Source: Haliotis rufescens
Taxonomy: Eukaryota
Reading direction: 5' to 3'
NCBI RefSeq assembly: GCF_023055435.1
Contig: NW_025964301.1
Location: forward strand, 1,550,001-1,614,000
Length of the DNA: 64,000 bases
The notes below the pieces were generated by a model, which did no database searches, was not told where the DNA came from, and saw only the letters and a program-made list of their open reading frames with translations. Each line of letters starts with the position of its first letter. Position 1 is the first letter of the stretch. Positions 50,201 through 64,000 of the stretch are shown here, piece by piece. The translations under genes and the position numbers were made by a program.

Positions 50201-53200
50201 GCAAGCATCAGAGCTCCAGATAAGCTGCGTATCTGCGTAAAATACACATCAGAAATGCAGAAATACGCAGTAAAATAAAATCCAAGCGTATCAAATATGC
50301 AACAAACATTACAGATACGCTACAGTGCAACCTACTCCACTAGGAGCCCCTAATGTGCTTCAGCTTGACCACAGTGCAACCTGCACCTATTCGCCCCCCA
50401 CTGCTAAATGAATGGGCACATGGCTTGTGTGTACTGTAACCAGCAGGCTGACATTTACACAACACATGCACTAGAATAGCCCATTAAAAAGCAGATGCTT
50501 TCAAATGTCAGACTGGGTGAAAGGTTACCTGTTCTGAAATTACCTCAAGGGGTAGCTCAGTTTAAAGGTACGACCTACACATGTGCCAAACAATTCACTC
50601 AGTGATTGTGGATTTTGGCTCAGCTTCAATGTTTGTTTGTTGTTTAACGTCGCACTCAGCAATTTTCAAACTATATAACGGCAGTCTTTAAATAATCTGG
50701 ACCAGACAATCCAGTGATTGATATCATGAGCATTGATCCATTACAGATACGCTACAAAAATAAAACTTGTGCGTATCATCAAAATATTGTGAAGTAACCC
50801 TGCGTATTCGATTAGCAAATCAGCAACTTATTTTGAAATTATAAACTGGCATTCCGTCAACCTTGCCAAACTCCACGATGACACTTACATCATGATCATT
50901 TGCCATCACACTTTCTTGTGGAAGTATCGTGGTATTTTTGAGTCCTATAAAGCTCTCGAACCCACACGACACCAGTTTGCATGGACTAGATGAATAGAGT
51001 TTTTAAATATTTAACTTAAATACCCACATGTGTAAAAACTAATGGGTAACAGAAATTTGAATACCCAGATAGAATTACTGATACCCAATGATTTTAAAAT
51101 GCATGGGTAAAATACCCACAACACCAAAAGCTTATCTGGAGCTCTGAGATTACTTCCGGATCACATACACTTGATTGCTATGTGCACCCCTCTCCCACGA
51201 GACACTGAGATACTTACACTGAGTTGAACAGATACGCCCGGCCTTGGCTGCCTTGGAACGACTGAAACAAACCAAATATTAAAGGTCAACCTTTGGTGCC
51301 AAGATGAACATCAACATTTTCGTATGATCTTTTACTGTTATCTTTTGTAAGTGAGTGAGTGAGTTGGGTTTAACGCCGCTTTTAACAGTATTCCAGTTAT
51401 ATCACGGCGTGTCAGCTTAATGTGGGAGGAAAGCCCGAAGTGATGCAGGTCTCAGACGTTTACCACTTCGGTGAAACCCACGAGCACGGGTATGGTGCTG
51501 ACAAACCTAGAAACATAATTGGGGCGAACCGGGATTCGAACCCACAATCATAGGTTTCTGGCATGCCCAAGGGACGCAACTCTGCACAGCGCCTTAAACG
51601 ACTGGGCCACCTGTGCCCCCAATCTTTTGTAAGCCTCATGACAATAGGACAAATAAGGTCTTGATGATATACATAACAATATTACTTAAAAACTGGTTTG
51701 CGAACATAACAAATCTCAGACTACTAGTTACCAACATGTTATACAATTGTTTAAAATTATCCGATTTCCTATAAAAAGCTAATTGATAAATCAAAATTTC
51801 GTGTGCGAAATACGCATCGGTCGGAAAGCGCACGTTAAATCTCCGAAGTAAGTAAGTAAGTATCAAAATGAACATTATGAAAAAGATCCATAATTGATCA
51901 CGCTGAAATATATACCGGGGTATATCCCTTTTGATGGAAAATGCTTGACTTGTTTGTTTGGTTGTTGTTTAACACCACCCTCAGCATTATTCCAGCTATA
52001 TGAAGGTGGTCTGTAAATAAACGAGTCTGGACCAGGCAATCCAGTGATTGACATCATGGGCATTGATCCATGCAATTGGGATTCGATGACATGCATCAAG
52101 TCAGCGAGCCTGACCACCGAATCCCGTTATTCGCCTCTTATGACATGCGACAAGCATGGGTTGCTAAAGACCAATTCTGTACTAAGCTACACTGGTGTTG
52201 GGCAAAGGTTACTTTAAGATCCTGACTGGGAACCCACAATCATTTTGAGAGAAAAATATCATTTAATATTCCTGAAATCAGATTGTTGTTAATCAGTGAT
52301 ATAGAGAGCTTACAGCAAGCACATGGTGAGTGGGTGAATATATGGTTGAACACCTCTTTCAGATAGATCATGACAGGGGACACCAGAATCACCCATTGCA
52401 GAAGTGGGGATTCGAACCCGGGTCTTCGATGTGATAATCCAACATTTTAACCACTACACTACACTACCCAAGTAGATAGTGGGTGGACATAAGTCTGGTG
52501 GATAATAGAACATAGCGGTTTCAACAACATTAACATAAGCCAGTATGCAATATCTGCAAGATGGTATGCAATATGTGCAAGCCAGTATGCAATATGAGCA
52601 AGCCAGTATGCAATATGAGCAAGCCAGTATGCAATATGTGCAAGCCAGTATGCAATATGAGCAAGCCAGTATGCAATATCTGCAAGCCAGTATGCAATAT
52701 GAGCAAGCCAGTATGCAATATCTGAAAGCCAGTACGCAATATGAGCAAGCCAGTATGCAATATGAGCAAGCCAGTATGCAATATCTGCAAGCCAGTATGC
52801 AATATGAGCAAGCCAGTATGCAATATGAGCAAGCCAGTATGCAATATGAGCAAGCCAGTATGCAATATGTGCAAGCCAGTATGCAATATGAGCAAGTCAG
52901 TATGCAATATCTGCAAGCCAGTATGTAATATGAGCAAGCCAGTATGCAATATGAGCAAGCCAGTATGCAATATCTGCAAGCCAGTATGCAATATGTGCAA
53001 GCCAGTATGCAATATGAGCAAGCCAGTATGCAATATCTGCAAGCCAGTATGCAATATGAGCAAGCCAGTATGCAATATCTGCAAGCCAGTATGCAATATG
53101 AGCAAGCCAGTATGCAATATGAGCAAGCCAGTATGCAATATCTGCAAGCCAGTATGCAGTATTTGCAAGCCAGTATGCAGTATTTGCAAGCCAGTATTTA

Positions 53201-56200
53201 TACACCAGGAAACACCAGCCAGGAACATTGGTAAACAGATCAGGGGGTGAGGGACACTGCTTCAGGCAACTATATCAGACATGGCTACTTAGCTGACTAA
53301 GCTTTCTCCTATAATCAAAGAAATTCATCCAGCTGACAAGAAAAGCAAGCTAAGGGTTTTATTTGACCATTACTCTAGATCCGCACAAAGCATACCTCAA
53401 AGCCAGGGCAAACACTAATCTCATTAATCATTTATTGTGAAGCTTGTCCTCCAGGTTCTGAGACCGGTCAGAAAACACAGTGGGAACCCACATCACAAGG
53501 TCACACCTCTGCATTACTTCTCCAGATCACTGACTGACGTGTTCCAAAACTATGTCCCTTGGCATCAGGGTAATATTTATGTGGTTCATTCTCCTGTTGG
53601 CCATCGTCCAGGCTGCAGTTGACCTTTAGTACATTGGTCAAGTGGGCATTGCTCCACAGTCCTACAAACATGCTGTTGCTGTCATTAAGCCCAAAGTCCT
53701 TGCACAACACACCATACTGAATGAATGAGTGAGTATGGTTTTACGCCGCTTTTGCAATATTCTAGCACCATAACGGCAGGGACGACATGCTTATGGTGAG
53801 TTAAAGCGAAATGGGGTTTAACGTGTTAAAGATAATTAATCTTATATAGCAAGGTGCATGGGTGTGTGTCCATGTACTAGTCCGGACTAATGCCAGTCTC
53901 ATAGTGCCTGTCCACTGAGATACCATGCCACAGTTTAACATGGATACCCCACTCAGACCTGGTATACTGACACCGCGCTGACCAGTCCTTTTGTTTTAGC
54001 CCCTTAATGCCAGGGCAACATCAAGTACAATTTTTAAGCGTTTATTGGTATTATGGAGATGGGTATCAAACCGCCGACCTTCTCTCTGGAGAGGCTGTAT
54101 TTATCCAACCATGACGTTGGTGATACCACCCTGCACAAGTGGACAAATCCCAGCTTGCCTCTGCAGGGCTTGATGTGTTCATAGAACGTACTAGTCAAGT
54201 GTGAACACCACTAGTGCACTACACGAAGCACTAACACTGTCAGACAGGGTGTAACTAATTGGCATTGCATTATTGAAAGTGTATTGTCATGTTTCGATAT
54301 TATTTCCAGAACGTTCATTAAAAATATGACAGAAGTAAGTAATCAACATCACTAATTTACAGTCAACTTACTAATTATCCAGTGCTTGACTGTGTTTTCA
54401 CCATTAAAATTAACCAATATATTTGTCAGGGTTATTTAGGTACGCACTTAAAGCTCCAGAAATGTTTTGGATTAATCATTCACATTAGGTATTGAGAGTT
54501 TCGTTGCGACCTCAGTGTTTTTACTTCCTTGGGTCCTGCTTAATGGGTATTTCTAGTTTTAAATAATTCAAAATGCTGTTTCTAATTTGTATCTGTCATG
54601 TGTACACGTTACATAAAGTGACAACAGCAATATACAGTAAACTACGTTTACAACGAACACGCTTATACGAACAGATGGATATAACAGACTTAATTTTGGG
54701 TCCCGGCCATTTGCTGTATATATGCTGTACACGTGCTTATAATGAACTACGATCATAACAAACTAAAATTAGTGATCCCTTTGGGTACGTTATAACCACA
54801 GTTTACTGTAAATGTCTAATCAACAATAAGTGAGTTCATGTACGTGTGGTGCCTGCATTTGATCAGATAGATTTGTACACAAATACAAGTAAGATGAAAA
54901 GGATAAACTGGGAAAATATGCGCTGTGTTTTCCTACCACAGGATTTAAAAAAAATTAATGCATATTTGTATGTATGAAACGAATTATTAGGGTAATGGTG
55001 ATTTATTTTGCATATTTTATACAAACACACAAATTATCTGGTGCTCTGAGTAAGAGTATAGTCCTCATGTATCACCCTAGGTGGGCCAGTAGAAGCTTAG
55101 AAGAGGAATCCAGCATTCAGTTTGTCTAGCATTTATCTAGTTGGTCTGCAACTTGTAATCTCTGTGACCGCCTCTGTGTTCCAGTTGTAGAACGCCCACC
55201 CGGAGAGCAGAAGGTCAGGAGTCAGATCCCAGGGCGCATCATACCAAAGATTAGGGCTGGGACGGGTAACTCGGGTACCAAGGTACCCACAGGACTACCC
55301 GGACCCGTGGTATATTGTTTCATGACCATAATTCACTACATAACTACATGGTTACACGACAATTTTAAGTCTCTTATGTTCGCATTTCTTTATGACTATG
55401 AACACGTTCCTTCTGACTTAAATATGTTTGAACAAAGCTCAAACTTCAGTCAACTTCAGTGTATGCATGACCACATCGTTTTAAAAGTGTATCTAAAATC
55501 ATTCTGCCAGGGCTACAGTCAAACTATTCCCAATCGGACATTTTGTATCTCTTGACACCAACAGCGGGTACCCGGGCAGGGTCGGGTAATAGGGGTGTTG
55601 GTATCCGGGTAGTAAATTTGGGCTCGTCCCAGGCCTACCAAAGATGTTAAAAGATGGTACTTGTTATTACCCTGTCTGGCGCTTGGCATTAAGGGGCTTA
55701 AACAAGGACTATAAGTGCAATAATCTTGGACGCGACGTTAAACCCCATTTCACCTCACCTCACCTCACCTGTAATCTCTGTATTGTAAAAATCTAGATAA
55801 GGCCGCAAAACTAATTTTTTGTATTTAAGGCAACAAGCAAATAAAGGACCGCTGGGATGTACAGATAACTTGAATTTCAAGAAAAAGGATAAGTTTATGT
55901 TGTTGTCTTTTGCCAATTTCTTGAAGTCACTTCAGGACTGATCAGTGGACGCTGTATGCCACAAAATGGTGTTTAGTGCCACAAAAACTATTTCACTTGA
56001 AATACATTTTTGTAACTTGTAATCACCATTGTCAATAGCAGTATTCTGCTATATACGGTTGTCATAAGAGACCCCACAATACCGTCTGTTGTTGAAAGAG
56101 ACCCAACAATACCGACTGTTGTCATAAGAGACACCACAATACCTTCTGTTGTTGAAAGAGACACCACAATATCTTCTGTTGTTGAAAGAGACCCAACAAT

Positions 56201-59200
56201 ACCTACTGTTGTTGAAAGAGACCCCACAATACCGACTGTTGTCATAAGAGACCCCACAATACCTACTGTTGTCATACGAGACCCCACAATACCTACTGTT
56301 GTTGAAAGAGACCCCACACTACCTACTGTTGTTGAAAGAGACCCCACAATACCTACTGTTGTCATAAGAGACCCCACAATACCTACTGTTGTTGAAAGAG
56401 ACCCCACAATACCTACTGTTGTCATAAGAGACCCCACAATACCTACTGTTGTTGAAAGAGACACCACAATACCTTCTGTTGTTGAAAGAGACCCCACAAT
56501 ACCTACTGTTGTCATAAGAGACCCCACAATACCTTCTGTTGTCATAAGAGACCCCACAATACCTACTGTTGTCATAAGAGACCCCACAATACCGTCTGTT
56601 GTTGAAAGAGACCCAACAATACCGACTGTTGTCATAAGAGACACCACAATACCTACTGTTGTTGAAAGAGACCCCACAATATCTTCTGTTGTTGAAAGAG
56701 ACCCCACAATACCTACTGTTGTCATAAGAGACCCCACAATACCTACTGTTGTTGAAAGAGACCCCACAATACCTACTGTTGTCATAAGAGACCCCACAAT
56801 ACCTACTGTTGTTGAAAGAGACACCACAATACCTTCTGTTGTTGAAAGAGACCCCACAATACCTACTGTTGTCATAAGAGACCCCACAATACCTTCTGTT
56901 GTCATAAGAGACCCCACAATACCTACTGTTGTCATAAGAGACCCCACAATACCGTCTGTTGTTGAAAGAGACCCAACAATACCGACTGTTGTCATAAGAG
57001 ACACCACAATACCGTCTGTTGTTGAAAGAGACCCAACAATACCTACTGTTGTTGAAAGAGACACCACAATACCTTCTGTTGTTGAAAGAGACCCAACAAT
57101 ACCGACTGTTGTCATAAGAGACCCCACAATACCTTCTGTTGTCATAAGAGACCCCACAATACCTACTGTTGTTGAAAGAGACCCAACAATACCGACTGTT
57201 GTCATAAGAGACACCACAATACCGTCTGTTGTTGAAAGAGACCCAACAATACCGACTGTTGTCATAAGAGACACCACAATACCGTCTGTTGTCATAAGAG
57301 ACCCCACAATACCGTCTGTTGTTGAAAGAGACCCCACAATACCGACTGTTGTTGAAAGAGACCCCACAATACCGACTGTTGTCATAAGAGACCCCACAAT
57401 ACCGTCTGTTGTTGAAAGAGACCCCACAATACCTACTGTTGTCATAAGAGACCCCACAATAAGAGGTTTCAAGTATCATGTCTCACTGTAAGAGGACTCC
57501 TGTATGCTAATTGGGCGTATTCAATACGGTCCACTGCATCGCTCACGATCACATAAACCCCAATAGGTAATATTTGTACGAGTGGTGTGAGGTCAGGAAT
57601 CAAGAGAGTAGGTCGGCTGTCTGAGCAGTTATTCCACTGATCCCATTACACCGAGTACATCCGTTAATATAATGTAATACCCGCCACTAGCATTCACTCA
57701 ACTCTCAGTCAAGTACAAGTGCTAAATCCTTCAAGCAACAGACATTTTCTACTCTTGTGACAACTCCATCTCTGAACAAGTGCTTAAATGGGGATTTGAA
57801 TATAACCTTAGGGATTCAGGGACTGACACACATACAAAGTCAGTCAAGTAGATGTAAATTCAGGATCTTCAGCAAAATGACCACGTTAACATGAAAGCTT
57901 CATTAGCAATGATTAGCCTCGGGGACTTAGCCACGATTCAACCAAGTGCCCTTAGCGGGGAAATTGGGAAAAAAATGTTATTTAGTTCAAAACTGTTATT
58001 TTTTCTTGATTTCATATTTTCTTCATTTCAGAGGTAGACTAATGTTGTAATCAATGCAATAATGTAATATTAATCCACTTCCTCTTTAATGGTCCTGTTT
58101 TCAGTGTAGGTCATCTTGACCAAGCCATCACATAAGATATAAATTGAGAACTGTTTTTTTATTCCCAATGGGGAACTGACATTTGCTGCAGACATGGATC
58201 CGAATATGTTCCACTGATGAATTGATTGATTGATGGTTTGTTGTTTACGGCCGCACTCAGCAATATTACAGCTATATGACGGCGGTCTGTAAATAATCGA
58301 GTCTGGACCAGACAATTCAGTGATTGACATCATGAGCATCCATCCACGTAATTGAGATACGATGACATGCATCAACCAAGTCAGCGAGCCTGACCACCTG
58401 ATCACGTTAGTCGCCTCTTAAGACAAGCATAGTCGCCTTTATGACAAGCATGGGTTGCTGAAGACCAATTTTAAGCCCGATCCTCATGGGTCTGACTCTC
58501 GTGAACAAACAGCCTATTTTAAACTGACTCATGACTCATGAGCCTACTAATTTTCCATCAGGCCAGTAACCTTCTGTACTTGGACAAAGTTCTGGCAATA
58601 ACTTCTCATTATGTAATACATAAATATCTGGCTTCATGTTAACTGGAAATAACCAACGTATCGGCACGTAGGCTGATAATGCATGTGGAAAACATCAGAT
58701 ATGACATACCATACTCGAAGTAATAAGCACCCAGGGTGCTCACAAAATTTGAAATAGGGGGCTCTTATTAGAATATAATTTTGAGTTAAAAGATTGTAAA
58801 TTTTGTGGTTTATGCTGACCGGCTGAATTGATACAAAAGAAGAATCTATTATACACACGGATATGTTTTCCAGAATTTAATTGCCCATAATTAAGGGTAC
58901 ACATAACACACAAGTGCGTCTTATACATGAATAAATAAGTCTTGTGTACATTGATCAATTGGAAGGGGTGCTAAAAGGGATTGTTCACTAGCCAATATAT
59001 CAGCAAATATCGCCGTGGGTGTTTATTAGAGCAGAGCGCTTATTACGTCGAATATGGTAAGTGATGAGGTGAATAATGGGGAAGGTGAGTAGTAACCAAG
59101 GTAACATCACAGTGACGGTCAGCTACCTTGACCTGGGGTGTGAACTGCTGTGTAGCGTGAAGTGATACATGGCCTGGAGTTGATAAACCATTGCACAGCC

Positions 59201-61466
59201 AGTGAATGCAATAACCTCATCAGAACCAGGGGACCTCTTACGTCCACATGGGACACAGGGGGCCTTTTACAATCACACAGATACAGGGGGCATTGTACAA
59301 CATAGCATACAGGGGATCTCTTACGTCCACATGGGACACAGGGGCCCGTTTACAATCACACAGATACAGGGGGCATTGTACAACATAGCATACAGGGGAC
59401 CTCTTATGATTACATAACATACTGGGACCTTGTAGGTCAGTCGGACCTATTATGATTACATACGACAAAGGGGATGTCTTACGATCACATGGGATACAGG
59501 GTACATCCAGTGTTCGAAATACCTGCCTGCCCGACCGTCCGAGACGGGTTGATTTCAACTCGGGCTGCCAGATTTTCAAATCCCCCTGCCCGACGGTCGG
59601 GTTATATTTCATATGTGAAAATATTCTAAATATTTCCCAATGATAAGCATTAATTCACATGTAAAGATGAATGATAAAATGTAACCAAAAAGAAACCCCG
59701 TTAGCTTATCCTGAGAAACATATGATTATAGTGGGCAGGCAGGTTTTGGTCAGGGCTGGCAAGTATTTCAGCTAGCCAGTCCTGTGGTCTGGCTGAAATT
59801 TTGGGTAGTTTCATACCCTGGTACATCGTACGATCACATAGGAGAAAAGGGACCTCTTACGATCACATAGGAGACAGGTGACGTCATAGGATCACATGGG
59901 AGACAGGGGACATCCTACGATCACATAGGAGACAGGGACCTCTTACGATCACATCGGAGACAGGGAACATATTACGATCACATCAGAGACAGGGGACGTC
60001 TTAGGATCACATCGGAGACAGGGGACGTCTTACGATCACATAGGAGACAAGGGACCCCTAACGATCACATAGGAGACAGGTGACATCTTACGACCACATC
60101 GGAGATAGGGGACATCTTATGATCACATAGGTGACAGGTGACGGTGCAGGATCACATGGGTGACAGGGGACGTCTTACGATCACATAGGAGACAAGGGAC
60201 CTCTAACGATCACATAGGAGACAGGTGACATCTTACGATCACATAGGAGACAGGGACCTCTTACGATCACATCGGAGACAGGGAACATATTACGATCACA
60301 TCAGAGACAGGGGACGTCTTAGGATCACATCGGAGACAGGTGACATCTTACGACCACATCGGAGATAGGGGACATCTTATGATCACATAGGTGACAGGTG
60401 ACGGTGCAGGATCACATGGGAGACAGGGGTCCTCTTACGATCACATAGGAGACAGATGATGTCGTAGGATCACATGGGAGACAGGGGACGTCTTATGATT
60501 ACTGAGGACTGCTTAAGTAAAACATTTCGAGGAATATCACGTCAGTCTTTAATTATTTGAGTCTGGGGTAGGTAAACCACAGGTTCACTATATGAGCAAC
60601 ATTCCATACGACCAAGTTATGATGACACACAAAACAGGCAGGAACCTGTCTACCTGACCTCTTACAACGAAAGAGTTACTTTTGTTTGTTTGTTTGTTGT
60701 TTAAAACCGCACTGAGCAAAATTCCAGCTACATGACAGCATTATGTAACTAATCAAGTTTGGACCAGACTATCCAGTGATTGACATCATGAGCATCAATC
60801 TACGCAAATTGGGATACGATGACAAGCATCAACCAAGTCAGCGAGCCTGACCACACTGATCCCGTTAGTCGCCTCGTACGACAAGCATAGTCGCCTTTAT
60901 GACAAGCATGGGTTGCTGAAGACCTATTCTAACCTGGATCTTCACTAGCGTGAAGGGTTGGGATTCTTACAACCACACGAGAAACTTGGGATCCCTTCCG
61001 ATCATCACATGACAATATTGGGGCAAACACAATGGTTGTCATAAGACTTGAGAATCAAGGTTGGTTGGTTGGTTGGTTGGTTTATTGTTTAACATCGCAC
61101 TCAGCAATATTCCAGCTATATGACGGCGGTCTGTAAATAATCGAGTCTGGACCAGACAATCCAGTGATTAATATCACGAGCATCGATCCACACAATTGGG
61201 ATCGATGACATGCATCAACCAAGTCAGGGAGCCTGACCACCCGATCCCGTTAGTCGCCTCTTACGACAAGCATAGTCACCTTTTACGGCAAGCATGGGTT
61301 GCTGAAGACCTATTCTACCCCGGAATCTTCACGGGTCTGAGAATCAAGCAGCAGTGCTCACCTTTGATATGAGTTCATCATGGTTTGCTAGGTGCGCCCT
61401 GCAGTGGACACAGCTGTATGTGCGGTGACACTTGCTGGGAAGATAGGCTTGGAACGTCTTCACCAT
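47298..61466 (-). CDS. YPEL: Protein yippee-like (YPEL1/2/3 type), 115 aa; exons 61466-61362, 51261-51218, 48036-47928, 47387-47298
   Basis: [35 protein letters not shown]|[15 protein letters not shown]|[36 protein letters not shown]|[33 protein letters not shown] sites, two CxxC zinc pairs. The first coding exon probably starts at the acceptor at 61857, so further 5' exon(s) lie upstream and were not located. Confidence 0.97.
48710..48960 (+). mobile_element. SINE family B full-length copy (others ~16400, 18987, 40234, 42980, 48118-48411, 49995, 51950, 58222, 60681, 61058-61337)
   Basis: GACCCGTGAAGATC head, GTAAGAGGCGAC hairpin, (AAAC)n tail, TSD atatataac. Confidence 0.9.
49203..49899. 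mobile_element. Mutator-like MITE, ~70-bp TIRs, 9-bp TSD, with SINE D inserted in the right TIR
   Basis: aacactgct|catcttcccgaggcaag ... ctcgggaagatg|aacactgct. Confidence 0.85.
50209..51146. mobile_element. Non-autonomous DNA transposon (hAT-like ends)
   Basis: 18-bp TIR cagagctccagataagct / agcttatctggagctctg. Confidence 0.8.
51351..51620 (-). mobile_element. SINE family A
   Basis: TSD atcttttgtaag. Confidence 0.9.
52537..53197. repeat. 21-bp minisatellite, ~31 copies (YPEL intron)
   Basis: gcaagccagtatgcaatat(ga/ct/gt). Confidence 0.96.
55252..55637. mobile_element. hAT-type MITE inserted into a SINE C copy
   Basis: tagggctgggacg...cgtcccaggccta with 8-bp TSD ccaaagat. Confidence 0.88.
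56058..57461. repeat. 30-bp minisatellite, ~46 copies (YPEL intron)
   Basis: gttgt(cat/tga)aagagaccccacaatacctact. Confidence 0.96.
59230..60500. repeat. Degenerate ~28-29-bp minisatellite interrupted by a CAG..CTG-ended MITE (59508-59820)
   Basis: tacgatcacataggagacaggggacgtct units; gtacatc duplicated around the MITE. Confidence 0.85.
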
Positions 61467-62444
61467 CCTGCCTCGAGCTGACAGACATGGACCCTGGCTG
61501 TGCAGCAGGGGAGTTAGGAGGAGGGCCAGTCTGCTAGTCGTGGGGGGGCAGGGGGGCCAGTCTGATTGTCAGCGCAACCACTCACACCACAGGGAGGCAG
61601 ATTCACCAAGACAGAGGGAAGAAATTCGGAACCGATGGATGAGGTTCTTCTGTCTCTAGACCTATGCTGGTGATGCTGGATTTGGGCCTCACGATGGTGA
61701 GCTTGATCCTGGAGATGTATCTTGCTGCGGACTAGGCCACTGACGACTCTGTTTGGGCTGTGAATTCACAGTCACTGGGATTGTTAGATGGACAATTGTT
61801 GGTCTCTTGTACACATCAGAAGAATGTTTTCAGTTTGGAATCATTGGGCAGCCGTACCTGAAAGACAAAAAAACATCCCTTGTTAGAATGTTTGAAGTAG
61901 GGATGAAAATATGAAGTTAACATCATGGACATTGTATAATAACATCAATAAACAATGCATCAGCCATAGCTTTGAAAATAACGGGTTTAGATCTGGCACA
62001 AACAAACCAAACAAAACAGAAAAAACTCATTTCGACAAAGGGCAAGGAAGAATTTATCAAAACAAGATTTTAAACCCCAAACTGGCTTTTCCAGCTTGTC
62101 ATAATATAGCCATCACCCAAGGACCCACCCTTCCACCCCGATGTAACCATGGTAACATGGGTTACAGGGGGGACTGTCAGCCCAGTTGTATAAGTTCCTG
62201 CAATTTCGCTCTGCAGAGTTGTGTCCCTTTGGCATGTCAGAAACTTGGTGTTTCTTGGTATGGTACTTTTCGGTTTGTTGGCAACAAAGGTTTCAGTGAA
62301 GTGATAAACTTCAACCTGTGTCATGAGAGGCCTTCCTCCCACATCAACTTGATAAAGCTAATAAATTGTATGAAACCATTCCAAGCCACTTTAAACCAAG
62401 CTCACTGGTGTTACATGTATCAATACAGGTCTATGGGACTTAGT

Positions 62445-62788
62445 GACCGCCTCCGTGGTCTAGTGGTAAAGCATCCGCCCGGAGAGTGGAAGGTCCAGTG
62501 TTCGATCCCCGTCAGCGTCATACCAAAAGACGTTAAAAGATGGTACTTATTGATACCCTGTCTGGCAATCAGCATAAAGGGGCTAAAACAAGGACTGGTC
62601 GGCTCGGAGACAGTATACTGTGTCTGAGTGGGGTATCATGCTTTACTGCGGCATGGTATCTCAGTGTGCTAGCTGTATAAATCGGCATTAGTCCGGACTA
62701 GTACAAGCAGCCACACACACACGTGCATGCTCGTCGCTATATAAGTGCAATAACCTTGGACGCGACTTTCAACCCAATTTCACCTCAC
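62445..62788 (+). mobile_element. SINE family C full-length copy
   Basis: A box TGGTCTAGTGG, B box GTTCGATCC; imperfect 14-bp TSD ctatg(g/t)gactt(a/t)gt. Confidence 0.88.
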
Positions 62789-63189
62789 CTATGTGACTTT
62801 GTGAGCTGAAAGGTCCCCTAAGTATGCTAAGAGTATGCACTGCTATTGACACATCAATGGCCGACTTGCCGGACTCTTAATGTGAGATCACTGGACAAAC
62901 AAAACAAACCGCTTCAGTTGCCAGTCCTTATAACAAGAATTAAATATAACTTTGAAAAAGTGTAAACATCAATCAATGACCAATCAAACGGACAGCAATA
63001 GTGTTTACTTCCTTGTTATGATTTGGATCACACTTTAGAACCGCTCTCTGATTGGTTGACCAGAGTACCATGTAGCCAATAGTGCACCATCCAGAAGGAA
63101 GTCATGGCAGGTTGCACTGGTTGCCCCAAAGGTATGGGTTCCTTTCATTACGGATCAATAGTCAAAGTCAAAAATAGTTAACTTGTGTG

Positions 63190-64000
63190 TAGGCCATTGG
63201 CCCACATACAAGAAATGCAATGCCAATAATACAATGTCAAGCGCATTACATGGATTTTACGACTTCATGTCTTTTTTTGTATGCATAATATACATAATAT
63301 TGCAGACGTTTTAATAACTTATCCGGAGTTGTACACAATAAACTTTTGAATTTATATATAGTTGGAAATTTCCAATACAATTCTGGCAAATAAACTTTAC
63401 GCAGCTCAGCATAATGTTTACCGATCAATACGAAATGATTTTCATCTTCAACAGACATATTGCAAACAGGACACATGCGTAAACATGATTCAATAGATTG
63501 CCACGTTCTGTCGTAAAGGTAAAACATTACATCTTAATTTAATAAAACACTGCGTACATGTTAGCTATATATGTTTTGTATATCTTTCAGGTTCAAACAG
63601 TGTCTTATATTCTTTATACATTACATATCGGGTACTACTTGAGTGTTGACATCCAGTTTTCATCTACAATTGTCCCCAACAGACTGGTTTAACCATACAA
63701 ATCCCAAACCATGCGAAAATAAAATGTTACGAACAGATGCTACCCAGGTATTATGACCCATGTTGTAGAAATACATCAACATGTTATATACTTTTCTTGG
63801 GATACGCCCTTCATGCATTCTGGTTATTTATAACCAATACTTTATAATGTCGTTACATCAAATTTAGTTACTCGATCCCAATATCTTGATGGGCCGGTCA
63901 GCCAATCTGTATGGGTTTTACAAAGACCGTGATTAACCAGTCAGAGAGTAGGATTTTATGACAAGAAATAATATCATGTATTCCCGGGATTCCAAATTTC
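63190..64000 (-). mobile_element. 3' end of a decayed non-LTR retrotransposon (RTEX-like) running off the window
   Basis: IKYWL*ITRMHEGRIPRKVY...WVASVRNILFSHGLGFVW and C-terminal knuckle RMCPVCNMSVEDENHFVL...YAELR; stops and frameshifts. Confidence 0.8.

Noticed and set aside
55988-57479. Mucin-like 494-aa ORF (and the 21-bp-repeat ORFs at 52.5-53.2 kb)
   Set aside because: Intronic minisatellites, open in several frames, with non-ATG starts and no splice support.
61911-62627. 238-aa plus-strand ORF
   Set aside because: Runs through a diverged SINE A and a SINE C copy; chance open frame.

Overview
Repeat-rich animal genomic DNA with spliceosomal introns, SINEs, MITEs and minisatellites. The SINE repertoire suggests a mollusc, possibly a gastropod, but this is an inference. 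Three protein-coding systems can be reconstructed by hand. (1) 93-12612 is a four-copy head-to-tail array of a ~2.6-kb unit. Each copy carries an intact 3-exon minus-strand gene for a 110-aa protein I do not recognise, which the ORF track misses because it is spliced. Copy 3 has a decayed Crypton-type element with unusual end structure in intron 1. (2) 12644-17809 (+), head-to-head with the last copy, is a 4-exon short-form tRNase Z of the plant TRZ1/Thermotoga (TM) type. It has two in-frame ATGs, the upstream one adding a mitochondrial-presequence-like peptide, and a minisatellite that multiplies its first splice donor. (3) 47298-61466 (-) is a 4-coding-exon yippee-like (YPEL1/2/3-type) gene with a uORF-rich leader. 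The rest is about eight minisatellite arrays (the source of all long ORFs in the track), four SINE families, many MITEs, a mariner remnant and a LINE 3' end.
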